Shown here piece after piece: positions 35,993-49,615 of a stretch of DNA of 64,000 bases (within the stretch, counting starts at the first letter, position 1; each line of letters begins with the position of its first letter). This DNA is from Octopus sinensis (lineage: Eukaryota). A model generated the notes under the pieces. It was not told the origin of the DNA. It ran no database searches and was given only the letters and a program-made list of their open reading frames with translations. Made by a program: the position numbers and the translations under genes. The stretch lies in the NCBI RefSeq assembly GCF_006345805.1, contig NC_043013.1, forward strand, positions 5,332,001-5,396,000. The letters are read 5' to 3'.

Positions 35993-36420
35993 GGCGAGCT
36001 GGCAGAATTGTTAGCACACCAGCCAAAATGCTTTATGGCCTTCTTTCATCCGTCTTTACGGTCTGAGTTCAAATTCTGCTGAGGTCAACTTTGCCTTTCA
36101 TCCTTTCAGGGTTGACAAAAATAAATACCAGTGGAGCACTGGGAGGTGGGGGGTTTCAATGAAATTAACTGCCCCTCCTCCCCATCCTCCTAAAATTGCT
36201 GGCCTTGTGACAGAATTAGAAAGAATTGTAATTATTGGTGTAAAACAAGGGTGGCGGATTTGCAGATTCATTAGAATGTCTTTTTACATTCTGGGTTCAA
36301 ATCTTATCGAAGTCGTCTTTGCTTTCAATCCCTCCGGGGTCGATAAAATAAACTATCGATCAAGTACTGGAGTTGATTTAATCGACTACCCACACTCCGT
36401 AAATGTGTGTCCTTGTATCT
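35502..36420 (+). mobile_element. Head-to-tail array of four family B SINEs with (ATT)n linkers
   Basis: Heads at about 35502, 35748, 35993 and 36237. Confidence 0.85.
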
Positions 36421-37377
36421 ATGTGAGAGATCCTAATCGTAAATTATTCTGGAATATGTTTGGAAATAATTCCTAGAATATTATCTGAGTTATCTGTAAA
36501 TTCTTAGAGGGGCAAGTAGGCTGGTAAAGTTGCCTGAAAATGTCTTGAGATTTCCCTTTTATTTGAATCCTGTGAAGGGAGGTGGGCAATCAGCAAAGTC
36601 ATAACAATAAGATTATATATGTTCGTGTGTTGTGTGTCTATATGTAAAAATTATATCTGGCTGAATTCATACAGTTTTGGTTATTGTATCATTATGTAAA
36701 AGTGTGTGTGTTATTCTATGCTGACATAGGTTGAACAGGAATGTACTTCATGCAGGTTTTTATGGCTGGGTGCTCTTGCTGTTGCCAACCCTAATCTGTT
36801 TTTCAAGTGAGGGATATGTGTGTGTATGTGTAAAAAGCACCCATGCTGGAGCCACATAAAACGCACCCTCTACCCTCTGTAATGTGGTTGGCATTGGAGA
36901 GGGCACCCAGCCATAGAAACCATGCCAAAACTAACAGTTGGACCGTGGGCAGCTCTCTAGCTTGCCAGCATGGAAAATGGAAGCTTAAAGTCCTGGTCAC
37001 CTTAAATTTTACAATATATTTAACTCTTCTCCCAAGAGTACTGTGTCAACCTTCCATTGTTATTCACAAACTAGTTTTAATTTAATTACCTTATTTTAAC
37101 ATGTGTATGTATGTATATTAATGTATGTGTGTATATTTAAATATGTAAGTGTGTGAGTTTAAGATTGTTAAGTAATAAACAGCAACAAGCGTTTAATAAT
37201 GGTAGGACACAAAGCTGTTTAAAGAGTCGAATATATTATAGAATAGTAGTTGACTGATTTTGTTTTATCTGTCTCAGGGCTTGTATGAACGTAGATATGA
37301 ACATACATGCATGCATACGTATGTACATACGTACTTATATATGTATGTACTTACGTACATATGTACATGCATACATT

Positions 37378-37716
37378 ATGGCTGCCCCCTCGTTATCGAG
37401 TATGGCCATTGCACGAAGCTTAACTGTTATTGGTGCTGTGATCGAATGTGACTTTTTAGCCCAGCTAAAGATCTACAATGTATTGTACAGAATTGGCAGC
37501 TAAAACCTTTACCAGTAATAGCCGGCTGTAGTTGTAACTGGGCTTCATGTACCTTTGCATGTCGTTTAAATCCTCCTGCCGAATTACACTCTCTTCCACA
37601 TGCCTGACAGATATGATTAGTATGGTGTGTTACACCACCACCAGTGGCCAGGTTGTCACTCATCTGTCTCGTTTTATGACTACGAAGATGACTCTTGAGT
37701 CCAGCTTTACTGAGGC
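37378..37716 (-). mobile_element. RTE-clade LINE C-terminal zinc-finger fragment
   Basis: Two intact and one partial CxxC-12-H-3/4-H units of the S.AGL.SH.R type; short UTR ggccatactcgataacgagggggcagcc; microsatellite flanks. Confidence 0.7.
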
Positions 37717-38183
37717 ATACATACATACATACATGCAAGTATTCCTATATACGTATGTACATACATACATAAATGCAAGTATGCTTATACACATACAAGC
37801 ATACATTCATACATACATGCAAACATACATGCATACATACATATATACATGTTGATGCAGTCCACTGGCTCATAGGATCCTGTCCTACTGTCCAACCCAT
37901 GTCAGCATGACAGACATTAAATGATGATGCTCTGTCTGTGTGTGTGTGTGTCCATTTGTCAGTCGTTGATATTCCTCATCATTTCATAAATATGTCCTGA
38001 GACTTCCTGTGTTTTCGTTCTTTACAATTATTTGTGTCATTATTGTGTTCATTGTCGTTGCCACATCTGGAGCTTTTTATCAAATAAATACCAGTTATAT
38101 ACTGGGGTTAATCACATCCAACTTATACTCTCTTCTCTACAAATGTTGCCCACACTACAAGGTCGACAGAAATCATTCTTCTA

Positions 38184-38224
<41 letters not shown>

Positions 38225-38229
38225 GAAAG

Positions 38230-39600
38230 CAGTGAGCTGGCAGAAACATTAGCATGCCAGACAAACTACTTGCTGGCATTTTGTCCATCTTCACATTATA
38301 AGTTCAAATTCCACTGAGGTTGACTTTACCTTTCATCCTTTTGGGGTTGATAAAATAAGTACCTGTTGAGTAGTGGGGTTCAATGAAATCAACTTACCGC
38401 CTCCCCCAAAGTTGCTGGCCTTGGGCCAAAATTTGAAACCATTATTATTATTATTATTATTATTATTAAGGTGACAAGCTGGCAGAATGGTTAGCAGTAT
38501 TTTGTCTGTCTTTACATTCTGAGTTCAAAATCCACCAAGGTCAATAAAACAAGTACTAATGAAACACTGGGGTCAGTGTAATCAACTAGTCCCCTCCCCC
38601 AAAGTTCCAGGCCTTGTGCCTTTAGTAGAAAGGATTATTATTATTATTATTGGCATTAGAAAGGGAATCTAGCTGTAGAAACCCTACCAAAGCAGACAGA
38701 GAACCTGGCAGAGCCCTCTTGCTCATCTGCTCTTGCCAAACCGTCCAACCCATGCTGGCATTGAAAAAAAGGAATGTTAAATTATTCCGCCAACCACATT
38801 TCATCCATCCTTATGTTCTGAGTTTAAATTCCACCGAGGTCGACTTTGCCTTTCAGCCTTTCGGTGTTGATAAATTAAGTACCAGTGAAATACTGGGGAT
38901 CAATGTAATCAACTAGTCCCCTCCCCTAAAATTTCAGGCCTTGGGCCTTTAGTAGAAAGGATTATTATTATTATTGTTAATCAATCTGCATGGCATAAAA
39001 TGTGTCACGATGTCTCCAAACAATTTGAGCTGAAGAAAAAGAACGATAGAAGAATTATATCCTGCAATTAACAGACTAATTTATCCAATCCCAGGCAAAA
39101 TCAAAATCATTCTGTGTGTCCCCATTGTGACTTCACAGCAAAATCCATTCCTGGACTCAAATTACATTCACGCATCCATCGCAAATCGATGCAGCTTCTT
39201 GGCTTGCTTTTTTAGAGTTTTTTTCTATTACTCTCTTTAACTGTGAGTCCTCTCCTTCAAACACTCCTACGTGGAAAGTGATGGAACCGACCATCATCAT
39301 TATTATTAAGGTGATGAGTTGGCAGAATCATTAGCACAGAAACATTAGCAGTACTTTGCCCGTCACTACATTCCCAGTTCAAATTCCGCTGAGGTCGACT
39401 TTGCCTTTCATCCTTTCAGGGTCGATAAATTAAGTACCAGTGAATCACTGGGGATCGATGTAATCGACTTAATCCCCTCCCCCAAAATTTTAGGCATTTT
39501 GCTTAAAGTATAAAGGATTGTTATTATTATCAGTCTTGTGAGCTGGCAGAATAGTTAGTGTTGGAAAACTGCTTTGACAAGATTTGAACTCAGAATGTAA
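38230..39600 (+). mobile_element. Array of family B SINEs interrupted by RTE fragments
   Basis: Copies at about 38231, 38469, 38785, 39309 and 39535. Confidence 0.8.
38980..39200 (+). mobile_element. RTE-clade LINE C-terminal fragment with one C2H2-like finger
   Basis: SAWHKMCHDVSKQFE...*...VCPHCDFTAKSIPGLKLHSRIH; in-frame stop at 39069. Confidence 0.7.
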
Positions 39601-40277
39601 AGAATTGTATCAAAAACTGCAAAGTAATTTTTTTGATACTTTAATGATTCTGCCAAGTCACTGTGGGATTTGAACTCACAAAGTATGGAAACAATTTATG
39701 TACAAGGCCATCAGTTTTGCAGGCGATAGGTTAACTGATGACATCAGCCCAATACATGACCAGTATTTTTATTTTATTGACCCACCCCCACCCAAGGGAT
39801 GAAGGGCAAAATGACCTCATTGAGGTTTGAACTCAAAACATAAAGGGTTACATAACAAATATTCCTCACTCCAGAACAATTCCACCGATTTTAAGAGAGG
39901 CATATAACTGATAAAATCAACATCCTAATTTCCTTCAATACTCTTGTTTATTTTGCTGAATTTTGCGATGACCTCCATCAAGGTGTGTAACTCTGCTCTG
40001 CTCAGTTTTAACTGGTCGACAATCAGGTTCTACTCTGACTTTGCAGTTAAGTAAATTAAATGATTAACAGTTGGAAATGTATGAAATCTATCTCTGCATT
40101 TCATGCTGCTAATCTGATAATTCTAAAGTACAATACACAGAAACTTTCCCCCAACAAAAAAAACCATTCCAAAACTCACTATTATGGATATATAGATCTG
40201 AAATAATAGCATAATAATATATACTTTCTATTTTTTTCTTTAATATTCTTGAAGAAAAAAGTTCTTCAAATAGATGC

Positions 40278-40615
40278 AGATATTGCTGTGTGGTTAAGAA
40301 GCACGTTTCGTAACTACATGGTCTCAGGTTCAGTCCCACTACACGACGCCTTGGTCAAGCGTTTTCCACTATAGTTCTGGGCTGTAGTGGAAGCCCACTT
40401 CATATATATATATGTGTGTGTTTGCATTTGTGTTTATAACTGCTTGACAACCAGTGCTGGTTTGTTTATATCCCCATAACTTAGCAGTTTGGTAAAAGAA
40501 ACTGAAAGCATAATAAGTACCAGACTTTAAACTGAGGTCAATTTGTCTGACTAAAAAAAAACCCTCAGAGCAGTGCCCCAGCTTGACCGTAGTCCAGTGA
40601 CTGAAACAAATAAAA
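40278..40615 (+). mobile_element. Family A SINE, diverged
   Basis: Head, body and tail recognisable with many substitutions. Confidence 0.75.
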
Positions 40616-40909
40616 AATTGAACATGGACATCATGCTTTTCTTCTTTCCCAAATTTTCACCTCCATTTTTTTCTCTTTGTTTTATTCTTTGTTCTGGTTT
40701 TTTTTTGGTTTTTTTTTTTGCTTGTTTGTCTTTTTAAAATCTGATTTAATTTGATAATTCCTGAGAGAAGAATGGCTCACCTTATTATTCTATATTCATA
40801 TTGAATTATAAATTTCTAGTTTTGGACTTCAGCAAACAGAACCTAAGGAATCAATAGTTGTTTCATCCCACCCTTGATGTTAGCAAACTACTGGCCCTGT
40901 TTACTATGA

Positions 40910-40919
40910 AGTGTGTGCA

Positions 40920-40970
<51 letters not shown>

Positions 40971-40992
40971 ATATGTATTTGTTAAGTGTATG

Positions 40993-41048
<56 letters not shown>

Positions 41049-41340
41049 ATGTATATATATATATGTATATATATATATGTGTGTGTGTATGTATATATAT
41101 TTGTGTATATATATGTGTGTATGTATATATATATATATTTGTGTATGTATATATATATATTTATATATGTATGTATTTATGTTTGTGTGTATATGTATGT
41201 TTCCAACCCATGCCAGCATGGAAAGCGGACGTTAAACAACGGCGATGATGATGATGTATATATATGTGTGCATGTGTATGTATACATGTGTGTTTGTGTG
41301 TACATGTGTATATGCATATATATATATATATGCATATATT
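40910..41340. repeat. Compound AT/GT microsatellite
   Basis: Directly visible. Confidence 0.95.
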
Positions 41341-41844
41341 GCGTGGTCAACCACATTATGAAATGTTATACATCACTGGTCACAATGCGCTTTGCACTGT
41401 TTAGCTTCCATGTGCACATATATTCATGTATACACACACACAAGTTCATATTCCACCACATTCCAGTTAATTTTGAAATATGTGAGGTAGATCCTTTTCT
41501 TAATAAACATACAACTTTATCGTAACCGTGTAAAGTAGACATCATCATATAAAAAAGTCTAAGAATACAAGAAATCAATCATATTGATCAGACATTTCCT
41601 TTTTCTGCCTTTGTGAAAACACAGCAAAACTAAAATTCTATGTTTGTTATCTCTTTTAGTGGTTTGTCCATTCCGGAGTCACCCCTTATATATCAAATGT
41701 TCAACAACTTACTGTTGTTTGTTTGTTTGTTTGTATGTATGTGTGTGTGTATGTATAAAAATATGGCAGAAAGTTTCCTGAGAGAATATTGGACCATTTT
41801 TGTTCCACTGGCATTAAAAAGATGATATTCTTTAGATGTATTAA

Positions 41845-42065
41845 CCCTTTCGTTACTGTATTTATTTTGAGATGCTCTGAATTTCTCCCAATTATTATAA
41901 ATATAACAAAGAATTTAGTAAAATAACATCGTTATCATTGAGCTAGTGTTAGGAACATAAATTGTGAGTAAGATTTGGTGGAAGATTTTAATTAAAAACT
42001 TATGAAAACAAAACATTTATACTAAAGGGCCAGAGCAGGTTTCAGCCGGATTGATAACGAAAGGG
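41845..42065. mobile_element. piggyBac-like MITE
   Basis: TTAA|CCCTTTCGTTA ... TAACGAAAGGG|TTAA. Confidence 0.85.
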
Positions 42066-42830
42066 TTAAAGGACAATTAAAAAATTGTTCCACTCAGGAG
42101 GTCATACCCACGAAAAATTTATCTGCACTAAAAGGGTTAGAAAAAAAGGCATGCATGTGTGTGTGTATACACACATACATACACCTTATCATCTGTATAT
42201 GTGTATGTTTATATGTATATCGATGTGTGTGTGTTTATATAAATGTATTGTGTGTAGAAATAAAACATATTTCATTGTGCAAGAGAACAGTATATGAGTG
42301 ATGAAAATAAGGTTAGTTCGAAGACCTGAAGGAATTGTCCCTTAGATTATCTACAGGTACAGAAAGTTTTGAAATTTCCAAGGATATGGAATCAAGTAGA
42401 ATATTTACATTATTACATTTAAGAAATTTTTGTCTACTGCTTGAGCATGCTTGTTATATAGATAATTTGTGTGTGTGTGTGTGTGTGTGTGTGCATAGTA
42501 TGGCTGAATGGTTAACAAGCTCGCTTTGCAATCACAAGGTTCTAAGTTCAGTCTCACTGTATGGTATCTTGGGCAAAAGTTGTTGTTTTTTATACTCCTT
42601 GAATATTTCCCTGATTACACTTTTGTTGGGGAAATATTCAAATACAATCCTGCTTGTGTGTGAAATTGGGCCAATGGAAACTGTATGGAAGCCTTTTGGG
42701 TACATTGTACATATAATTATAATAGGTGTATCCCTGTTACACCTTGTGTCATGCAGATAAATTGCATTAAGAGGAACTTAGTACTCTCAGCATTCATATG
42801 TGTGTAAGTATATATTTATATATACCTACA

Positions 42831-43146
42831 CACAAGGCACAGGTGTCTGGCTTACAGCTGTAAAGATCATGAGTTCAATTCCTGGTGACATGTTGTGTCC
42901 TTGAGCAAGACACTTTACTTCCCATTGCTCCAGTCCACTCAGCTGGTCAAAATGAGTTGTACCTGTATCTGAAAAGGCTAGCCTTGTTACATTTGTGTCA
43001 TGCCGAATCTCCCTGAGAACTATGTTCAGGGTACATGTGTCTGTGGAGTGCTCGGCCACTTGCACGTTAATTTCACAAGCAGGCTGTTCTGCTGTTCCGT
43101 TGATCGGATCAACTGGAACCCTTGTTGCCGTAACCAACAGAGTACC
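42831..43146 (+). mobile_element. CORE-type tRNA-headed SINE
   Basis: gagttcaattcc B box followed by the CORE-like gtgtccttgagcaagacacttt..cattgctccagtccactcagctg. Confidence 0.72.
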
Positions 43147-43212
43147 TGTAATATATATTTATATATGTATATATACACCTGTTGATAGAAGTATTGTTTA
43201 ATTGTTTATCTT

Positions 43213-43690
43213 ATAATAATAATGAAATTATTGTATATAGTGCTCAGGTGCACCACAACTTGTCAGAAAGTGCGTATAAAGCATATGCCGTAATGTACAA
43301 ATGTCTGGAAAGCAAACAATGTATGAGTCAGATATATGCTTGTGTGTGTATGGAGGGGAGAAAATCAGGTGTAGTGTTGGCGATTCTCAGAAAGCATGGA
43401 AGTTTTGAAGGATGCAGTGCTCCAACAACTAACAACTGACGCCGGCAGTTTGTTCCATGCTTCAGCAACTCTTAGTGTGAAAAAATGTTTCCTGAAGTCA
43501 TGGGAGCTGTGCTGTTTTCTGACTTTGTAAATATGTCCACGGGTGTTAGACGGGCGGAGTTTGAAAAGCTGCTCAGAGTTATTGTGTGTACGATGGTTAA
43601 TAATTTTATGGGTGTCTGCCAAGTCAGCTGCCAGACGTCGGAGTTTCAACGTCTTAAACAATTCTGTATGTTTTCTATCATTCAATGTGT
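43213..43690 (-). mobile_element. CR1 LINE 3' fragment (its 3' UTR alone also at 28555-28697, +)
   Basis: LKLRRLAADL...NTRGHIYKV...RKHFFTLRVAEAWNKLPASVV...FK. Confidence 0.88.
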
Positions 43691-43904
43691 TTAGCCATGT
43701 CTGGATTATATCAGAGTACTATTTAAGGTAACTGCCTTGATTTCAGATGCCTGTTCCACTCATTTTGTAAAAATGAGTAATCCTGTAATCGACCAGCCTA
43801 CTGTTCAGGGAGGACTATATACACCAAAGAAACTAGAAAAATGGGCCCTGCACCCCTTACAGAGTAATGAGGACCAACAAAGGGTTATCCACACACACAC
43901 ACAT

Positions 43905-44565
43905 ACAGCTGTGTGGTTAAGAAGCTTGCTTTGCAACCATGTGGTTTTGGGTTCAGTCCCACTGTGCAGCACCTTGAGCAAGTGTCTTCTACCATATAGT
44001 CTCAGTCCAACCAATGCCATGTGGGTGAATTTGGTAGGCAGAAACTGTGTGAAACCCATTGTGTGTGTCTATAGATACACATGTGTGTTTGTTTATGTCT
44101 CTGTGACTTAGTGGCAATGCTCCAGCATGGTCGCAGACCATGACTGAAACAAGTATTTTGCTTGTTGATTAAAATATATATATAGACATACATAGGTGCA
44201 GGCATGGCTTTGTGGTAAGAAGTTTGCTTCCCAACCACATGGTCCTGGGTTCGGTCCCACTATGTGGCACCTTGGGTGAGTGTCCTTTGTAGCCTTGGAC
44301 CAACCTAAACCTTGTGAGCGGATTTGGTAGACGGAAACTAAGAGATGTGTGTGTTTTGCTTTGTGTCTGTGTTTGTCCCTCACCACTGCCTGACAACCAG
44401 TGTTGGTGTGTTTATGTTCCTATAACTTAGCAGTTCAGCAAAAAGTGACAAATAGAATGAGTACCGGGCTTAAAATATAAGTCCTGGGGTCAATTCATTT
44501 TACTAAAGTTCTTCAAGGAAGTACCCCAGCATGGCCACAGTCTAATGACTGAAACACGTAAAAAG
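43905..44565. mobile_element. Cluster of family A copies (43905-44070 +, 44110-44160 -, 44195-44565 +)
   Basis: Match the reference copy. Confidence 0.8.
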
Positions 44566-45181
44566 GTACACACACACACATATATATATATATACATATA
44601 GATATATTACATGCATACACATTCACACACATATACATATATACATTTTGATTACTACATACACACACACACTAATAATGTATGTATGTATATATACATT
44701 CATATATCCACATACAAACACAATGCTTCATATTTGATATTTTTCTTGAGGAATTTTGTTTTTTGTAATGTCTCTCTCTCTCACTCTCTCTCTCTTCTGC
44801 CAAGTTTATATCTTCTCAAATTGTTATTATTGCTGTAATATATTATATTATACTACAATGTATTTGTGTTGTCTTGTCTTGTCTTCCATTGTAGCAACTG
44901 TGGTATTTGAAACGTCCACACCTAGCTCTCACCAAACCAATAACAATGTGTGTAACAGTAGAAAGAAGCAGTTTAACTTATGCTAATGACCAACATAAAT
45001 TAACATATTTAATTAGCAATGTGGTTTCAAATGCACTCGATTGGTCAGCTCTTCTTCACAGTGAACATCTCATACCATTGCAATTTATTCCTTTGTCTCT
45101 CAGGACTATGATACTAAAAGTAATTTTTCTATGTATCTTCAGTACAGTACAGTATATATATATATATGTATATATATATAT

Positions 45182-45565
45182 GCTAGCTGTATAGCCCAAC
45201 ATTGCTCAGTTTGTTTTCTTTTCGACCCTTTAGAATTGGAATTTTTGAAAAGTAAAAATTTTGCATTATGTAGCTTGCAATTCTCTTTGAGTGAACATTT
45301 TTCTGTTTGAAATGCACAAAAAAATGGTGACACAGCAGTCAAAAAATCGTAAAAAAATAGGGATTTTCATAGAAAAAAAAATCCACCTTTTTGATGTAAA
45401 TAATTTTTGGTCTTATCATGGTCCGATTTGAATTTTTTCTTCTATCATACTCTCAATTTTGGTCAACTTGCACCGCAGGGTCTCAGAGGAGATAGTGTTA
45501 GTTGAAGGCTACCAAACCTGCCACACACACACACAGCCAACTTCAGCTTTATATATATATATATA
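45182..45565 (+). mobile_element. Non-autonomous Helitron-like element
   Basis: Starts tgctagctgtatagcccaacattgctc and ends (CA)n...ctttatatatat. This architecture is typical of Helitron-derived short elements (from recall). Confidence 0.5.
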
Positions 45566-46045
45566 TATATATAGTTTTCATGTGAAGTTATTGATACATA
45601 CACACATGTGGAATTACTAACTGAAATTCTAATATATATCTCCTGTTCAATACACACACATGGACATACACATATATGTAAATGTTTGTTCTTATGTCAA
45701 GTTTATAATAAATACCATTTTACATTAAACTGCAGGTTAGCTCAGTACCGTTTCTTTTTCCATGCTAGCATTGATTCAGGCAGAGAGCTATTTGGGACAG
45801 GATTTTGCAGACTGGTGCTCTTCCTGTTGCAAATCCTTTTTTCGTTTTCAAAGAGATTTCTTGATTAATCAGGTCTTCAAGAATGCAGACTGACCAGTTG
45901 CAATGTTATCAAGGGATTTGACATTCACGCTGCTTTCCTCAAGGAAACACAGATACTCGTACACACATCTAGATACATACTTGTATTTATTTGTATGTGT
46001 ACATACACACACACACATACATGTAAATGTGTGGGTGAATATATT

Positions 46046-46425
46046 CTTTTATTTGTTTCAGTCCTTTGACTGCGCCATGCTGGAGCACCGCCTTTAGTCA
46101 AACAAATTAACCCCAGGACTTATTCTTTGTAAGCCTAGTACTCACACTATCAGTCTCTTTTGCCGAACTGCTAAGTTACGGGGGCGTAAACACACCAATA
46201 TTGATGTCAAACGATAATGGGGGGGGACAACACAGACACACAAATACATGTAAATATTTATACATACGACAGGCTTCTTTCAGTTTCCGTCTACCAAATC
46301 CACTCACAAGGCTTTGGTTGGCCTGAGGCTATAGTAGAAGAAACTTGCCCAAGGTGCCACACAGTAGGACTGAATCCAGAACCATGTGGTTGGGAAGCAA
46401 GCTACTTACCACACAACCACCCCTA
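46046..46425 (-). mobile_element. Family A SINE, full length
   Basis: Matches the reference copy. Confidence 0.88.
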
Positions 46426-46665
46426 TTCCTATATGTATATGTAACACATATTTGTTTATTATATAAAATACCATCTTGTTTCTTTTATAAAAGTTGAATT
46501 TAACATTTGGGATATACTGTATGAATGAATGTGTTTGTGTGTGTTAGAGAGAGAGAAAGAGTGGAGTATTGTAGTTTTCTTGAAGCGTTACAAACCATAA
46601 TAAAAAAAACATTTATAAAGCTACAGGGATGCAGTTAAGAAATTATGAAACATTATGAAATCCTC

Positions 46666-46704
<39 letters not shown>

Positions 46705-46727
46705 TATATATATATATATATATATAT

Positions 46728-47014
46728 CACGTGACCGACCAGACCATCAGATGTTGTTACACATCAATGGTCACAATGCGTCCGCATTGATTTAGTCTTC
46801 GAATGACGCCACCCTGCTGGCTAAGCGAGCAGGCCAACAGAAGGAAGAGTGGTGAAAGAGTACAGCAGGGATCACCACCATCCCCTGCCGGAGCCTCGTG
46901 GAGCTTTTTAGGTGTTTTCGCTCAATAAACACTCACAACGCCCGGTCTGGGAATCGAAACCGTGATCCTACGACCGCGAGTCCGCTGCCCTAACCACTGG
47001 GCCATTGTGCCTCC
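46728..47014 (-). mobile_element. Family F tRNA-headed SINE (probably one of the known octopus OR-type families)
   Basis: ggaggcacaatggcccagtggttaggg A box and gtttcgattccc B box. The family name is not verified. Confidence 0.8.
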
Positions 47015-47049
<35 letters not shown>

Positions 47050-48681
47050 TATACATACACACATAACATATATGTATATAAAACAAGCAATACTTCTCTT
47101 GTCACATTTTATACATACATACAAAAATTGCCTCCTAATTGATAGGCATCAAGTCGTTTGTCAACACCCTTTAACCTCTGACCCACACAGATCTGCTGTC
47201 TCCTGTCTTTGCTTGTTTGTACTGCTACTACTGTGGCCTCTGCTTGTCGGAGCTGGTTGATCACATGTCACCTCCATTCATGTATTCACATCTCTGTCAT
47301 CTCGCTTCTTGTCATCACACCATTCTTGCAATGCTCTCTAACCCCAAAATAAACCAAAACTATCTCCTTACCATAATGGTCCTCTCGAGTTCCATCCCTA
47401 CACATTTTTTTCTTGTATCTTGTTTGTCTTGCAACTCTTCCAAAGGAACATTAGCCAGTTTCATCTCACCAGTCTTGGAGGGCTGGCAAAGTCCATGGCA
47501 TCTTCCTCTTTGTGGTCATAAGTTCAATCTCACTGCATGGCACCTTGAACAAGTGACTTCTACTATAAAACATCTGGCTTACCAATGCCTCATGAGTGGA
47601 TTTGGTAGATGGAAACTATGTGGAAGCCTACTGTGTGTGTGTGTGTGTATATATATAAATATCATCATCGTGTTTTAAATCCCGGTTTTGTCCCCGTTAA
47701 CAGAGGTGGCTGGATCTACCTCATTGCTATAGCAACTGAGGCAGGTAGGTGCAGCCCACTCCAACCCTTGGACTGGCTGGTGCTATCATGAGGCTTTTTT
47801 GGAGCTGGATTTTCTATGGAGAGCATGCCCTTGCTTACCCACAACCTCAGTTTCTAGACATGAGTTGTCTCAAGACCAAGGCCTCTACAATTTTTAAGAA
47901 ATGTGGCGGAAAACTAGCTCAGGAAAGCAGGGACGCTACTCCCTGAGACCCCTTTCAGAGCCCACCACCACCACCACATATATATGTGTGTATTTGTGTT
48001 GGGTTTTTCCCACCACCTTTTGACAACTGGTGTTGATCTGTTTACATCCCCATAACTTGGCAAGAGAGACTCAGAGAATAAGGACCAAACTTAAAAAGAA
48101 CTGGGGTCAGTTTGTTCAACCGAGGCCTTCAAGGCACTAAACCCCCAGCATAGCTGCAGTCCAATGACTGAAGCAAATAAAAAAATAAAAGATATATATA
48201 TATATATGTAAAGAGTTAACGCATACTTAACAACCCCGGTTGCCTACTGTGAAATATAAAATAATTCTTTTCAGTTTATCGTACTTCGATAAACATTAAA
48301 AAAATCTACAACCTTCTGCCCCAATAAACCACTAGTGTCCTAGAAAGTCGTTTTTTAAATATTTTCTACAGATTGCTTGAAGCTCGCCTTGTTCCTACTC
48401 CTGAAACTGTGTACCTTACATTTATCTGTCTATCTCTCTATATATAGATAGATAGATAAAACCAACGTTTTACTTGTCATGTTTCATGCATTTTAGCATA
48501 AGCTAAAATGAGAGATCCCTTCTCTCATTTCCTTTCCTTTCTGTTACTTTCATCACATAATCACTTTTCCATTTTTTTTTTTTTTCCAGTATCTCCATAT
48601 CTCCATATTTTTATTCAATCTGTTCCTAAAATATGTTCATTCACAGCAATAAAGCCCCATCTTCCCATTGTAAGCACCATG

Positions 48682-48820
48682 TAAGTCACCGTGGGTTACA
48701 GAGTAATATTTGTACTACATAACTCACTATGGGTTACAGAGTAAGGTTTGTGCTATATAACTCATTGTGGGTTAGAGGCTAGTATATAACTCACTGTGGG
48801 TTAGAGGTTAGGTTTAAAAA
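48682..48820. repeat. Four-unit tandem repeat, 29-38 bp
   Basis: taactcactgtgggtta(c)aga.. repeated at 48682, 48720, 48758 and 48787. Confidence 0.8.
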
Positions 48821-49398
48821 TGGAGTAGATATCTTTTATCTCTTCTTCCTAATAAACATTTGCTGCAACTGTTTATTTGTCATTTGTGTCACTGTCAGAA
48901 CCACTGTGTGCAACTTTTGTTTTCAGTCCTTCAACAATTAGCCAGGAAACCCTTGACACTGGACAAACCACAATGCGCTGTAACACAGGTACGTCACATA
49001 ACTGGCACATCACAACACTCACAAGGTGCACCATTGGAATTTCACAACGCTGTTGACCAACAACACAAATATGCCACAACAATGGCACATCACAACACAG
49101 TAATGGCACATCACAATGCTTGCATTCCTCAATACAGTCACACCACAATGTAGTCGACCCACAACATGACACAGGATACATCCAGCAATGGTCTGCTACA
49201 TCCTGTCTTTAACAGTCACGGTTACCAATTAATAATCCATAGTAATTAATACACTATGGCTACTAATTACTATTCTATATTTACTAATAATAATCTATTG
49301 CTAATAAATGACCCGTAGTTACAAATGCACTATGGGTGCTAATTGATAATCTATAGTTATTAATTAACTTATAGTCTATCTGTTACAAATAGTAACAG

Positions 49399-49615
49399 AT
49401 GGCACATAGCGTAGTGGTCAAGAGTGCAGGCTGCTAACCCCAAGATTCCGAGTTCGATTCCAGGCAGTAACCTGAATAATGATAATAATAATAAAAATAA
49501 TAATATCGAAAAATCCCTTAAGAATGAGAACCCAGGTTCAAAATTTCCCCAAGACACCTGATGAAGGCAGAAGGGTATATCAGCTGAAACATTGTGTTAA
49601 CAGCAAACAAGATGA
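49399..49615 (+). mobile_element. Family C dispersed copy
   Basis: tagcgtagtgg A box, gagttcgattcc B box, same tail. Confidence 0.8.

Noticed and set aside
35502-36420. Regularly spaced repeats that might suggest a CRISPR array
   Set aside because: Eukaryotic context; the units are ~245-bp SINEs with microsatellite linkers, not short repeats with unique spacers.
39890-40050. Short minus-strand coding-looking frames (LIVDQLKLSRAELHTL...)
   Set aside because: Under 45 codons, poor acceptor and no partner exons.
47217-47678. 153-aa ORF and a minus-strand ATG|GTAAGG donor near 47377
   Set aside because: It overlaps a degenerate family A SINE; the minus frame has an upstream stop and no acceptor.
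48860-49181. Overlapping ORFs and a possible 62-nt exon (ttttcag ... CAG|GTACGT)
   Set aside because: No recognisable protein, internal ggcacatcacaa repeats explain the open frames, and there are no linked exons.
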